DNA of 64,000 nt from an uncultured Acutalibacter sp. (GCA_964642055.1 CAZXLM010000002.1:3793-67792); one strand, 5' to 3'. Shown: positions 50,210-58,673, counted from the first letter of the stretch. Translations and numbers: made by a program. The notes: a model not told the origin generated them from the letters alone.

Positions 50210-51345
50210 AGGGAATTCCTCCTTTGTTCCACATAATCTATGGTTTTTCGGGCAGCGTCCCCGGTGTTTTCCACCATGCCGAATTCCTGCCGGAACTGCT
50301 GCACCTTTTCCGCCTGCTGTTCCTCCTGAAACGCCAGAATGGTCTGTTCCAGCTCCGTGTTGTTTTCGGCGAGGGAGAACGGGAGACGGGTCAGGTCAAA
50401 GGTAAAGTTGCGGTCGTTTGCATAAGCCGCCACATCGTTTACATACAGGAAGCAGGGCTTCCCGGTATTCATGAAGTCGAACATGGAGGAAGAGTAGTCG
50501 GTGAGCAGGGCGCCGCATGCCAGATACAGCTCCTGAATGTCCGGGTAGTCGGAGGCGTTTTTCACATAGCGGGGATCAAGCTTCAGCTCGGAAGCCTTGT
50601 CCGCCACGTTGGGGTGCAGCCGGGCGAGGATCAGCCATTCCCCGCCGAAGCGCCGCTCCAGCGCCTTGACGCATTTTTCATAGTCCACATCGTATACGGA
50701 AAGCCCTTTGTCCTTCCGATAGGTGGGGGCGTACAGCAGAAGCTTTTGTTCCGGCTTTACGCCCAGCGTCTTTCGCACCTTTTCCACCAGTTCCGGGTGT
50801 TCACCGAAGAGAATGTCGTTCCGGGGAAAGCCGCATTCCAAAATTTCGCCGTCGTACCAGAAAGCCCGGCGGTAAATATCCGTTAAAAATCTGCTGTCGG
50901 AAAGGAACAGGTCCGCCAACCGGGAATCCATTTTGGCAGTCGCTACATATTCCGGGTCAAGGGCTTCCACAGCGTCCCCCTCAATGCGCTTTAAAGGAAA
51001 TCCGTGCCAGGTCTGGACGTAAAACTGGTTCTTCCGTTTAAACAGCCGCCCCCATTTCCGGCAGTTGTCCACCCATAGGCCGGCCGTGCCCCGATGGAAG
51101 GCTTCCGCCGCGCTGCCGATTTTTACCGGATAAATTCCCTTCGGCAGAGAAGCGGCTTCGGTCTCACCCTTTACCGCCCAATAGACCTTCCAGCCCCGGT
51201 GCAGCAGCTCCTGGGCGATAGGCTTTGGGTTATCGGAAAAGCCCCTCCCGATAAAGCTTTGGCAGAAAGCTTTTTTCTGGTCCTTGGGCAGCAGGGAGCA
51301 GAACAGGGAAACCCCATTTCTCCAGATTTTTTCCAGCAGCGCCAT
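50206..51345 (-). CDS. CDP-glycerol glycerophosphotransferase family protein (TagB/TagF-like)
   Basis: TWHGFPLKRIEGD, LYAPTYR and DYSSSMFDF blocks of the Glyphos_transf family. Confidence 0.85.
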   Translation of the reverse strand: MALLEKIWRNGVSLFCSLLPKDQKKAFCQSFIGRGFSDNPKPIAQELLHRGWKVYWAVKGETEAASLPKGIYPVKIGSAAEAFHRGTAGLWVDNCRKWGRLFKRKNQFYVQTWHGFPLKRIEGDAVEALDPEYVATAKMDSRLADLFLSDSRFLTDIYRRAFWYDGEILECGFPRNDILFGEHPELVEKVRKTLGVKPEQKLLLYAPTYRKDKGLSVYDVDYEKCVKALERRFGGEWLILARLHPNVADKASELKLDPRYVKNASDYPDIQELYLACGALLTDYSSSMFDFMNTGKPCFLYVNDVAAYANDRNFTFDLTRLPFSLAENNTELEQTILAFQEEQQAEKVQQFRQEFGMVENTGDAARKTIDYVEQRRNSL

Positions 51346-51371
51346 GACGACCGCCGTCCTTTCTCAGGTTT

Positions 51372-52652
51372 TTATTTTCCCGGCACAGGGGCTTCCTCTG
51401 ACCGCATCAAATGACGGTTCCTGAAAATGACCACCAGCCGGAACGCTAGGATCGAAAAATCCGTCAGCGAGGTGAGCACGCACAGGGAAACCAGATTGAT
51501 CCCGCAGGTGAAATAGGCAACCCCTGCGCCGATCAAATAGACCGCCGTGCCAAAAGCTACGGAAATATTGGCAAATTTAGCAAGTCCCATGGCTCCCAGC
51601 GTGGGATACCCCAGAATGTAGTTGGGGAAGGTAAACACCGCCGCGGGGATCAGCAGCCGCAGAGGGAGCACCACCTGCGCGCCGACCTCCTCGCCCAGCC
51701 ACAGCACCAGCATGGGGCGGGCAAAGACGAACACAAAGGCGCACCCGGCAAGGATAATGGGATAGCCATACAACATGGTCTTTTTGATGAGCTTAAAGTT
51801 TTTGTGCTTCATCATGTGGGGATACAGGCTGTCCCCAATGGGGGACATGCCGTTCCTAGCGGTGCTGATGACCTTATCGGCATTGGTGTAAAGCCCGGTC
51901 GCCACAGGACCGGCGACATTTTTCAGCAGAATGCCGTTCAGATTGGAATTGATGGACGCCGCCACCTTGGAAAGGAAAAACTGGGCAGCGTCCCGGATCT
52001 CCTTCCAGACGTCCCGGAAGGATACCTTTGCAAACCGCAGCCCGATTTTTGCGAACAGGTGCCAGTATACGAACAGGGTGGCTCCGGCGTTGCCGATGGC
52101 GGAGATCAGCGGCACGAGGTAGTAGTCCTCCGGCTTTTTTACAAATACAAAGACCATAGAGGTGGCAAATATTTTGACCAGCACCGCCCGCGCGGTAATG
52201 GCGGACATCTTTTCCAGGCCCCGGTATATAAAGTCCGGCAGCAGAGCCACCATACACACATAGAGCAGATAGAACACGTAAGCCAGCAGCTCTCCCGGCT
52301 CCTTAAGAGTGGGACGGACAAAAAGCATCAAAACCAAAAAAGAAACTACCATGAACAGACATTTGGCTGACACCACACAGGTAAGGGTGCGGTTCAAATA
52401 TTCCTTGTCCTCCCGGTGGCGGGAGATCTTGGCGGTTGCGGACATGATAAAGCCAAAATCAATGAAGATCTGGAAAAAGTTGGTGGTGTACTGAGCGGCA
52501 CCCAGCAGACCGATATTCGCGGTACCCAGCACTCTGGTCTGATATCCTTGGGTGATAAGCCCCAGAAAGGCATTGGAAAAGGTAAGGATATAAAGCATGA
52601 TCGTATTTTCCAGCAGGACGTGCCCCCGCAGCGGCTTCTTGAAAAGCTTCAT
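51372..52652 (-). CDS. Oligosaccharide flippase (Wzx/polysaccharide biosynthesis protein family)
   Basis: 12-14 TM segments with a typical MOP-flippase N-terminus. Confidence 0.8.
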   Translation of the reverse strand: MKLFKKPLRGHVLLENTIMLYILTFSNAFLGLITQGYQTRVLGTANIGLLGAAQYTTNFFQIFIDFGFIMSATAKISRHREDKEYLNRTLTCVVSAKCLFMVVSFLVLMLFVRPTLKEPGELLAYVFYLLYVCMVALLPDFIYRGLEKMSAITARAVLVKIFATSMVFVFVKKPEDYYLVPLISAIGNAGATLFVYWHLFAKIGLRFAKVSFRDVWKEIRDAAQFFLSKVAASINSNLNGILLKNVAGPVATGLYTNADKVISTARNGMSPIGDSLYPHMMKHKNFKLIKKTMLYGYPIILAGCAFVFVFARPMLVLWLGEEVGAQVVLPLRLLIPAAVFTFPNYILGYPTLGAMGLAKFANISVAFGTAVYLIGAGVAYFTCGINLVSLCVLTSLTDFSILAFRLVVIFRNRHLMRSEEAPVPGK

Positions 52653-52758
52653 GTCGGTTCTCCTTAGAAATACTGATTTTGTCTTGTGCGGCGATGCTCC
52701 AAAAGTAGGCTTTTATACAGCGGCTGCCGAATACCGTTTCCTTTGGATACGGGGTTTG

Positions 52759-53730
52759 TCAGCTCTTGACCCGGAACAGCAGCGAAGCGGGAAAATACCA
52801 TTTCCGTTCCAGCAGAAAAAGCACCAGCTTCTGATTTCTGGATATCCTGACCATATACTTGTTCCTGCGGTATTGGGGGAAGTGTTCCATAAGGTATCCT
52901 TGGAGCTTCGGAAGCAGCGGGTGCCGCCGGTCCTCGCGCAGGACCCGCACCGCTGCCTGATAGAGATGAGAGAAGGTGAAATAGCACAGCTCCTCCTCAT
53001 ATTCCTCATACAGCCCCTTTTCTCGGAAATAATCGAGAATACTGTCCGTCACGAGAAGAATTTCCCCGTTGCGGTCAACATTGGAATTGCGCATGGTCGA
53101 GCCGGAGCGCAGCAGGTAATTGTACCCGGCGCCGCTCAAAAATACCACGGAGCGGGCGGAGACCACCAGCTTTGGGAACAGCTCGGCGTCCTCGTACCAT
53201 ATCCCTGTGGGATATTCCGCGCCCACTCTGGAAAACAGCTCTCTGCGGTACAGCTTTGTGGGACCCGGCACCGTCAAAAGCAGTTCCTTGTATTCCCGGG
53301 GAGAAAGCCCCATATCCTTGGGAAGACCGGGTTCCGTAAACACACTGAGGACCTTGCCGTTCTCGTCTACAAAGCGTATCCCAAATATGATGAGGTCGGC
53401 ATTTTCCCTCTCCCCGGCTTCTATAGTCCTTTCCAGCAGATCGGGTTCGATCCAGTCGTCGCTATCCACCTGAAGCAGCCATTTCCCCACAGCTTCCCGG
53501 ACCCCGGTATTCCGGGCGGCGCCCGGTCCGCCGTTTTCCTGGTGGACGACCCGTATCCGCCCGTCCTGTTCAGCCAGGGTATCGCAAAGCGCCCCGCTGC
53601 CGTCGGTAGAGCCGTCGTCTATGAGCAGAAGCTCAAAATCCCGCTCTGTCTGCGCGAGAATGGAATCAACGCATTTTTCCAAATAGTCTCTTACGTTATA
53701 CACGGGTACGATTACACTTGCCTTTGGCAT
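52759..53730 (-). CDS. Glycosyltransferase family 2 (paralog 1)
   Basis: VIVPVYNV...LLIDDGSTDGS...VDSDDW (DxD) pattern. Confidence 0.85.
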   Translation of the reverse strand: MPKASVIVPVYNVRDYLEKCVDSILAQTERDFELLLIDDGSTDGSGALCDTLAEQDGRIRVVHQENGGPGAARNTGVREAVGKWLLQVDSDDWIEPDLLERTIEAGERENADLIIFGIRFVDENGKVLSVFTEPGLPKDMGLSPREYKELLLTVPGPTKLYRRELFSRVGAEYPTGIWYEDAELFPKLVVSARSVVFLSGAGYNYLLRSGSTMRNSNVDRNGEILLVTDSILDYFREKGLYEEYEEELCYFTFSHLYQAAVRVLREDRRHPLLPKLQGYLMEHFPQYRRNKYMVRISRNQKLVLFLLERKWYFPASLLFRVKS

Positions 53731-53857
53731 AGGATACTCCTCCCGGGAAAATCAAAAATCAATAGATCTCATTATACACCGCTTTTATGCCTTTGGCAAA
53801 TAAAGGAGCCGGCAGGCGCGAAAACCCGCTGTGCCTAAAGACGGCGCATGGAAAAAC

Positions 53858-54829
53858 TTACTTGATCTTGAAAATCAGGGCAATGAGAAAGGTGAGCTTC
53901 TTTTCCAGCAGGGACAAAATGATTTTCTGATTTCGGGTGAGGGTCGCTCGATATTTATTCCGCCGGTAGTCTGGGAAATTTTCCCTGAGATATGCGGCAA
54001 ATTTTGGCAGCAGGCCGCTGTGCCTGTCCAGCCGGATCACCCGGACGGAAGCGGTGAGGTAAACATGGAACAGGGTCATAAAGCACAACTCGTCCCGGTA
54101 TTCCTCAAAGAGTCCCTGCTCCCGGAAATAGGCGAGGATATCGTCAAAGGCGTCCATAATCTCCGTATTCCGCTCCACATTGATGCTTTGTATGATGGAG
54201 CCGGGGCGCTGCAGATAATTATAGCCCACATAGTCTATGGCCATGAGGGATCTTGCCTCCGCCACCAGCTTGACCGTAGTGCGGACATCTTCATACCAGA
54301 CCCTTGGGGGGAACAGCACGCCGGTTCGCAGGAACAGTTCTCTGGAAAACAGCTTGTTACAGGCGCAGGGATAGGAAAGGAACACGTCCTTCTGTGTTTT
54401 TGCGGTGAAGCTTGTCCCGATGGGCAGCGCGTCCTTCAGAACGCTCAGCTCTTTTCCAGCAAGGTCTACCGAGCGGAGGGAAAAATAAACGATTTCCGCG
54501 CGGCTGCTTTCTCCGGCCGCCAGCGTTTTTTCCAGCAGCGCGGGTTCGATCCAGTCATCACTGTCCACAAACAGCAGCCAGTCTCCCTCTGCGGCCCGGA
54601 TCCCCGTGTTTCTGGCGCCGCCAAGCCCCTGGTTCTCCTGGTGAATGACCCGTATCCGGCTGTCCTGTTCGGCAAGGGTGTCGCAAAGCGCCCCGCTTCC
54701 ATCGGTAGAGCCGTCGTCTATGAGCAGAAGCTCAAAATCCCGTTCCGTCTGAGCCAAAATGGAATCTACGCATTGACTCAAAAAATCCTTTACATTATAG
54801 ACCGGCACAACAATACTGGCCTTCGGCAT
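53858..54829 (-). CDS. Glycosyltransferase family 2 (paralog 2)
   Basis: Same length (323 aa) as paralog 1. Its first ~75 aa are nearly identical to paralog 1. Confidence 0.85.
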   Translation of the reverse strand: MPKASIVVPVYNVKDFLSQCVDSILAQTERDFELLLIDDGSTDGSGALCDTLAEQDSRIRVIHQENQGLGGARNTGIRAAEGDWLLFVDSDDWIEPALLEKTLAAGESSRAEIVYFSLRSVDLAGKELSVLKDALPIGTSFTAKTQKDVFLSYPCACNKLFSRELFLRTGVLFPPRVWYEDVRTTVKLVAEARSLMAIDYVGYNYLQRPGSIIQSINVERNTEIMDAFDDILAYFREQGLFEEYRDELCFMTLFHVYLTASVRVIRLDRHSGLLPKFAAYLRENFPDYRRNKYRATLTRNQKIILSLLEKKLTFLIALIFKIK

Positions 54830-55025
54830 AAAAGCACCTCCAGAGTACGGCGCTGCTCAAAAGCAGAGTCCTTACCGCTTATTATACACGTTCTGGGCGG
54901 ATTTGGCAAATTGCCGCAGCTTTCCCGGCAGCGGAAAACCGCACAGTCCTAGTATGCCAAAAATCCCCTGCCCTTTGCACGGTATCAGTGCTTCCGCGCA
55001 GAGGACAGGGAACTTTTTCCCAAGG

Positions 55026-55862
55026 CTATGAGTTTTTCATATAGTCTACATATTCTTCCAGACACATGTTCAGTTCTTCCATTTTCTGCGCGTGTTCCGC
55101 TCCCACATAGCGGTAATGCCAGCTTTCGTTGTCGATGCCTGTGACCTCTATTTTGCTCTGCTTATAGCGCTGGACAAAGCCGTATTCCGCCGCGTGCTGG
55201 GAAAGCCAGTAGTAGGCTTCCGTCTCCTCAAAGCCGCTGTCAACATCGTTAAAATCCACGGCAAGCCCGGTGTGGTGCTCGCTGTGGCCGGGCCGGTTGA
55301 TGGTTCGCAGAGCATCCTCCACAGCTTCTTCCTCCGTCATGCCGTCCGCCACATTCTGCTGAACCGCCCGGTCTAAAATGGCTTCCTGCAATTCTACGCT
55401 GCGGTAGCCGGAAGCGATCCAAAGCGTCACCCCGTCCTCCTGGGCCGCGCGCAATAAAGCGTTGAGATCATCATAGACACGGCTGTCTACCTGCTCTCCG
55501 GTTTCCCCGCCTCCAATAGTCTCCAGCGTAACCTGCCAATCCTCCGGCAGGGGCGTCGTGTCGTTTACCAGCACCAGCAGCGGGTCGGAAAGCTGCGTGC
55601 CGGCCGGCGGCTGCGAAGCCACGCTCACGCCGGTCCCGCCGGCATTTACGACGATATCCGGCACGCTTTCAGCCCCGGAGCTCACCCCGCTTTCCGGCTT
55701 TGAGCTGTTTTCCGGAGCAAAGAGCTTTGACACAGCGGAGATGATCCACACAACGACGGCTACGACCAGCAGGGCCCCGCACAAAAGCTTTGCCAGCTTC
55801 AGGCGGCGCAGCCGCAGCTGCTCTCTGTACATGCGGTTCCTTTCCCGTTCTATTCTGCTCAT
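55026..55862 (-). CDS. D-alanyl-D-alanine carboxypeptidase, VanY/M15B family
   Basis: TM anchor followed by SGYRSVELQ ... GHSEHHTGLAVD ... ESWHYRYVG zinc-ligand motifs. Confidence 0.85.
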   Translation of the reverse strand: MSRIERERNRMYREQLRLRRLKLAKLLCGALLVVAVVVWIISAVSKLFAPENSSKPESGVSSGAESVPDIVVNAGGTGVSVASQPPAGTQLSDPLLVLVNDTTPLPEDWQVTLETIGGGETGEQVDSRVYDDLNALLRAAQEDGVTLWIASGYRSVELQEAILDRAVQQNVADGMTEEEAVEDALRTINRPGHSEHHTGLAVDFNDVDSGFEETEAYYWLSQHAAEYGFVQRYKQSKIEVTGIDNESWHYRYVGAEHAQKMEELNMCLEEYVDYMKNS

Positions 55863-55947
55863 AAATCACTTTCCAACCCATTTCCTGTTTTTCACGTCCA
55901 GACATTAAACAATTTTACTCCCCGAAATGTGACATGTCAAAACATTT

Positions 55948-57018
55948 TTATGATTCTTTCGGCGCTTCGCCTGCCGAAGGTGATGGGGAAGGAAAGAAAT
56001 GATTTTTCGGTATCTCTTCCCGATACGCCTGCGTCCGGCTCCACTCCTTGGTGGCGTCGTCCCGCCGGACCTCGCTCTGGCGGCGCTGAAGCAGGCAGCA
56101 CAAAGCGTATACGTCCACCCATATTTCGCTGGGGCCTTCCTTTTGAGATTCATCGAAAATCAGCTGCAAGCCGTAATGCAGATGGCTGACATTGATATTG
56201 TTGGTGTTTTCCTTTGTGCTGTAGCCCGTTCTTCCCACATAGCCGATGACGTCTCCCGCCATGACAGTCTGGCCCGTCTCAAGGCCTTGGGCATAGGGCC
56301 GGTTCTGCCGGAGGTGAGCGTAATAGTGATACCGTTTCCCGTCAAAGCTGCGGATCCCAATGCGCCAGCCGCCGTACTGGTTCCACCCCAAGGCCTCCAC
56401 CACCCCGGATTCCACGGCGATGACCGGCGTGCCTACGGCGGCCATCATGTCGTGGCCCAGGTGCTTTCTCTTGTAGCCGTAACTGCGGCCAGCCCCGAAA
56501 TCATCGTAATCGCTGTAGGGAAAGGTTTTGGCAATGGGGGAATATCCCTTCAGGCCGTACCGCTTTTCCCAGCCGTTTTCCGTTTCAAGCTCATACTCGC
56601 CCACCAGGTTTCCCAGCACAGCGCCGTAGGCCTCCCGGTAGTATCCGTAATACTTCATGTCCTGCGCAAGAGAAGTTATATCCTCTCCGCTTTCAACTTT
56701 TTGGGCCAGGTCGTTTAAATCCTTTCGCTGATACAGGGAAAAGTCCCCGCCGTATTTCGCGCCCAGATAGGCAAGACATTCGACCCAGTCGAGATGGGAC
56801 CGGCCGGGGTCCTCATAGGTTTCCAGGTCCAGGTCAAGAGCCGCTTCAAGCAGGCTTTCGGGAACATTGAAGTCCACCCATTTGATATAATCCTTCCGCT
56901 CGGGCTCCGCGTCTGCCGGCAGGGCCCCTTTCAGCACAGGAAAAACGGCAGCCAGCAAAAGGCCGGCTGTCAGCGCAAAAAGCAAAACTTTTTTGCGGAT
57001 CCGAAGGGTCAGAAACAT
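55948..57018 (-). CDS. M23 family metallopeptidase
   Basis: HLGHDMMAAVGTPV ... SHLHYGLQ motifs, with an N-terminal anchor. Confidence 0.8.
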   Translation of the reverse strand: MFLTLRIRKKVLLFALTAGLLLAAVFPVLKGALPADAEPERKDYIKWVDFNVPESLLEAALDLDLETYEDPGRSHLDWVECLAYLGAKYGGDFSLYQRKDLNDLAQKVESGEDITSLAQDMKYYGYYREAYGAVLGNLVGEYELETENGWEKRYGLKGYSPIAKTFPYSDYDDFGAGRSYGYKRKHLGHDMMAAVGTPVIAVESGVVEALGWNQYGGWRIGIRSFDGKRYHYYAHLRQNRPYAQGLETGQTVMAGDVIGYVGRTGYSTKENTNNINVSHLHYGLQLIFDESQKEGPSEIWVDVYALCCLLQRRQSEVRRDDATKEWSRTQAYREEIPKNHFFPSPSPSAGEAPKES

Positions 57019-57142
57019 GGAAAATCACCCGGTTTTATGCTATGCCGGGAGAAACCTTTTTTAGAACAGGCGAGCCGCGAAATCCAAACGCGGAACTGCC
57101 ACGGCGAAAGGCATGGCGCCGCGCATCTTTACCTGGGACAGC

Positions 57143-57172
57143 AAAAAAGCTCCCCTTGAAAACAAGGGGAGC
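57143..57172 (-). terminator. Intrinsic terminator after the XRE gene
   Basis: Minus-strand GCTCCCCTTG-TTTT-CAAGGGGAGC followed by TTTTTT. Confidence 0.75.
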
Positions 57173-57193
57173 CCAGCTTGTGAGCCAAAATTA

Positions 57194-57508
57194 TCAGGAA
57201 TCCTTTTTCGCATCCTGGGAACGCTTCCGCACTCTTTTGGTCTCCGGGTGCAGATCGGCTATGGCGCCCGGGACAAAAAACACATCGGGAGAGACGCCGT
57301 AAAACTGCGAAAGCCTGTACAGCGTAGAAGAGCTGGGCGACGTGGTCCCCAGCTCGTAGTAGGTGTATGCAGGGCGCGATATTCCCAGGAAATCTGCCAC
57401 GGCTTCCTGGGTCAGGCCCCGGTTCACCCGCAGGGCCTTCAGGGCCGTGCGCACCTGCAGAGACATCTCTTTTTCGGAATGTGTTTCTTTTCCCTTTGAC
57501 CTTGCCAC
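57194..57508 (-). CDS. XRE-family HTH transcriptional regulator
   Basis: LRVNRGLTQEAVADFLGISRPAYTYYELG is an HTH. GTG 57508 has a GGAGGG SD 7 nt upstream; ATG 57466 is an alternative start. There is no room for its own promoter, because RNA cassette A's terminator ends 7 nt before the SD. Confidence 0.75.
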   Translation of the reverse strand: MARSKGKETHSEKEMSLQVRTALKALRVNRGLTQEAVADFLGISRPAYTYYELGTTSPSSSTLYRLSQFYGVSPDVFFVPGAIADLHPETKRVRKRSQDAKKDS

Positions 57509-57527
57509 AGCGATTCCCTCCAAAAAC

Positions 57528-57690
57528 AAAAAAGTGCGCAGCCGAAGCCGCGCACCGAAAAACGCACGGCTCCTCTGGTTACCACGCCAAGTTTTCGATA
57601 CAACACAGGTATGCGAAAAATGAAGCCTGCATTTTTACCAAAAAGGTAAAATGCACACCTGTGTCTATCAATATTCACTTGACGTGGTAG
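57528..57690 (-). ncRNA. Structured RNA cassette A (about 163 nt), unclassified; also the only possible 5' leader of the XRE gene
   Basis: Promoter TTGAAA (57723-57718), 17-nt spacer, TGaTAAGAT (-10 at 57700-57695). Stems: P1 UACCACGUCAAGU/ACUUGGCGUGGUA, P2 ACACAGGUGUGC/GCAUACCUGUGU, P3 AUUUUACC/GGUAAAAAU. Terminator GUGCGCGGC-UUCG-GCUGCGCAC plus U6 (57555-57528). Confidence 0.7.
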
Positions 57691-57810
57691 TTTCATCTTA
57701 TCATTAATTTCACATTTTTTCAAGGGTCAAGTAATATTCCCCATAAAAATGGCCTGAGCCTACCTTCTATCGAAAACCGGGCGGCTTTTCTATGACAAAC
57801 TTCCCCAAAC

Positions 57811-57978
57811 AAAAAAGTGCGCAGCCGAAGCCACGCACCGAAAAACGCATGGCTCCATTGCTGCGACACAATTCTTTTTTGCAGTTCATTTAACGCACAA
57901 AAAAGCAGAGCCTGCATTTTTACCCATAGGGTAAAATGTGCGTTAATGAACTTAAATATACTTATTGAATTGTGCCGC
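57811..57978 (-). ncRNA. Structured RNA cassette B (about 168 nt), unclassified
   Basis: Promoter TTTACT (58013-58008), 17-nt spacer, TGgTATTGT (-10 at 57990-57985). Stems: P1 GCGGCACAAUUC/GAAUUGUGUCGC, P2 AGUUCAUUAACGCAC/GUGCGUUAAAUGAACU, P3 AUUUUACCC/GGGUAAAAAU. UUCG-loop terminator plus U6 (57838-57811). Confidence 0.7.
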
Positions 57979-58025
57979 AAATTTACAATACCATATTTGA
58001 CCTGAAAAGTAAAGCGCTCCAAAAC

Positions 58026-58191
58026 AAAAAAGTGCGCAGCCGAGGCCGCGCACCGAAAAACGCACGGCTCCATTGCTGCGACACAATCACTTTTGGCAGT
58101 TGCTATACTGTATGCAAAAGTTTGAGCCTGCATTTTTACCAAAGCAAAAATGCACACAGTATAGTATCCCACCCATATTCGATTGTGTCGC
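58026..58191 (-). ncRNA. Structured RNA cassette C (about 166 nt), unclassified
   Basis: Promoter identical to B (-35 at 58226-58221, -10 at 58203-58198). Stems: P1 GCGACACAAUC/GAUUGUGUCGC, P2 CUAUACUGUGUGC/GCAUACAGUAUAG, P3 AUUUUUGC/GUAAAAAU. Terminator hairpin plus U6 (58053-58026). Confidence 0.7.
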
Positions 58192-58245
58192 AAATTTACA
58201 ATACCATATTTGACCTGAAAAGTAAAGTATAATAAACAAAAACGC

Positions 58246-58550
58246 AAAAAATCTGTCCCAGCTTGGGACAGATTCAAAGCAGAAAGAAGTACATTCTCTT
58301 TGCGAAAAGCAGAAAAAGCTGTTATGATAGCATCGTGCAGAAATGCACAGAAAGGTCTGCCATAACGGTAGGCGGTTTGGCTACACCACCCGAAAGGGGG
58401 TGATGCCATGCGAGTTACGTTACATACCGGGCCTTTTACGGTTACGATTCTTGTAAAACGCAGAAACCGCCACTCGGCCAAGTGACGGTTTCTTTGAAAA
58501 AATAAAGAAACTCAACTGAGCCAAACCGTCTATCGGCAGACCCTTTCTTT
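58246..58550 (-). ncRNA. Structured RNA D (about 305 nt), unclassified
   Basis: Starts about 7 nt after a consensus promoter. A ~30-bp closing helix joins 58548-58519 with 58382-58349, enclosing several hairpins. It ends at the AUCUGUCCCA-AGC-UGGGACAGAU plus U-run terminator (58273-58246). No conserved or SD-preceded ORF is present. Confidence 0.65.
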
Positions 58551-58556
58551 ATTTTT

Positions 58557-58585
58557 ATTATAATGGCTGCCTTGCGATTTGTCAA
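58557..58585 (-). promoter_or_regulatory. Perfect consensus sigma-A promoter driving RNA D
   Basis: Minus strand reads TTGACA (58585-58580), an exactly 17-nt spacer, then TATAAT (58562-58557). Confidence 0.75.
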
Positions 58586-58641
58586 GCGCAGGTCTGCTGT
58601 TGAAAACCGTCCCAACTTGGGACAGATTCAAAGCGAAAAGG

Positions 58642-58673
58642 AAAAAAGCCTCCCCTTGATTTTCAAGGGGAGG
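58642..58673 (-). terminator. Intrinsic terminator of the ATP-grasp gene
   Basis: Minus-strand CCTCCCCTTG-AAAAT-CAAGGGGAGG followed by CTTTTTT. Confidence 0.75.

Larger units (their letters stand above)
57528..58240 (-). repeat. Tandem array of three paralogous RNA cassettes (unit spacing about 283 and 215 bp)
   Basis: The promoter block, the GGTAAAAATGCAGGCT block and the 3' tail plus terminator are conserved across copies (minus-strand sense). The intervening stems are divergent. Confidence 0.85.

Noticed and set aside
52597-54952. Two long plus-strand ORFs (413 aa and 373 aa).
   Set aside because: They are antisense to the two GT2 paralogs. Their similarity to each other merely mirrors the GT2 duplication.
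57528-58240. Possible CRISPR array or ToxI-like repeat array.
   Set aside because: The units are 215-283 bp rather than 25-40 bp repeats with spacers. Each unit has its own promoter and terminator. There are no cas genes and no toxN-like gene in the window.
57720-58481. 253-aa minus-strand ORF spanning the repeat island, with the repeated peptide FTFQVKYGIVNLRHN.
   Set aside because: It has a TTG start without an SD. It runs straight through a consensus promoter region, three strong intrinsic terminators and the tandem RNA cassettes, so its internal repeat is just the translated DNA repeat. The composition is AT-rich and unlike the real genes here. I treat it as a spurious ORF over non-coding RNA genes.
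58246-58550. RNA D as a T-box leader, SRP RNA, RNase P RNA or tmRNA.
   Set aside because: GGGUGGUGUAGCC only superficially resembles the T-box sequence, and no regulated ORF follows. I found no GGAAGCAGC-type SRP helix-8 motif, no GAGGAAAGUCC RNase P P4 motif, and no tRNA-like acceptor or tag ORF for tmRNA.
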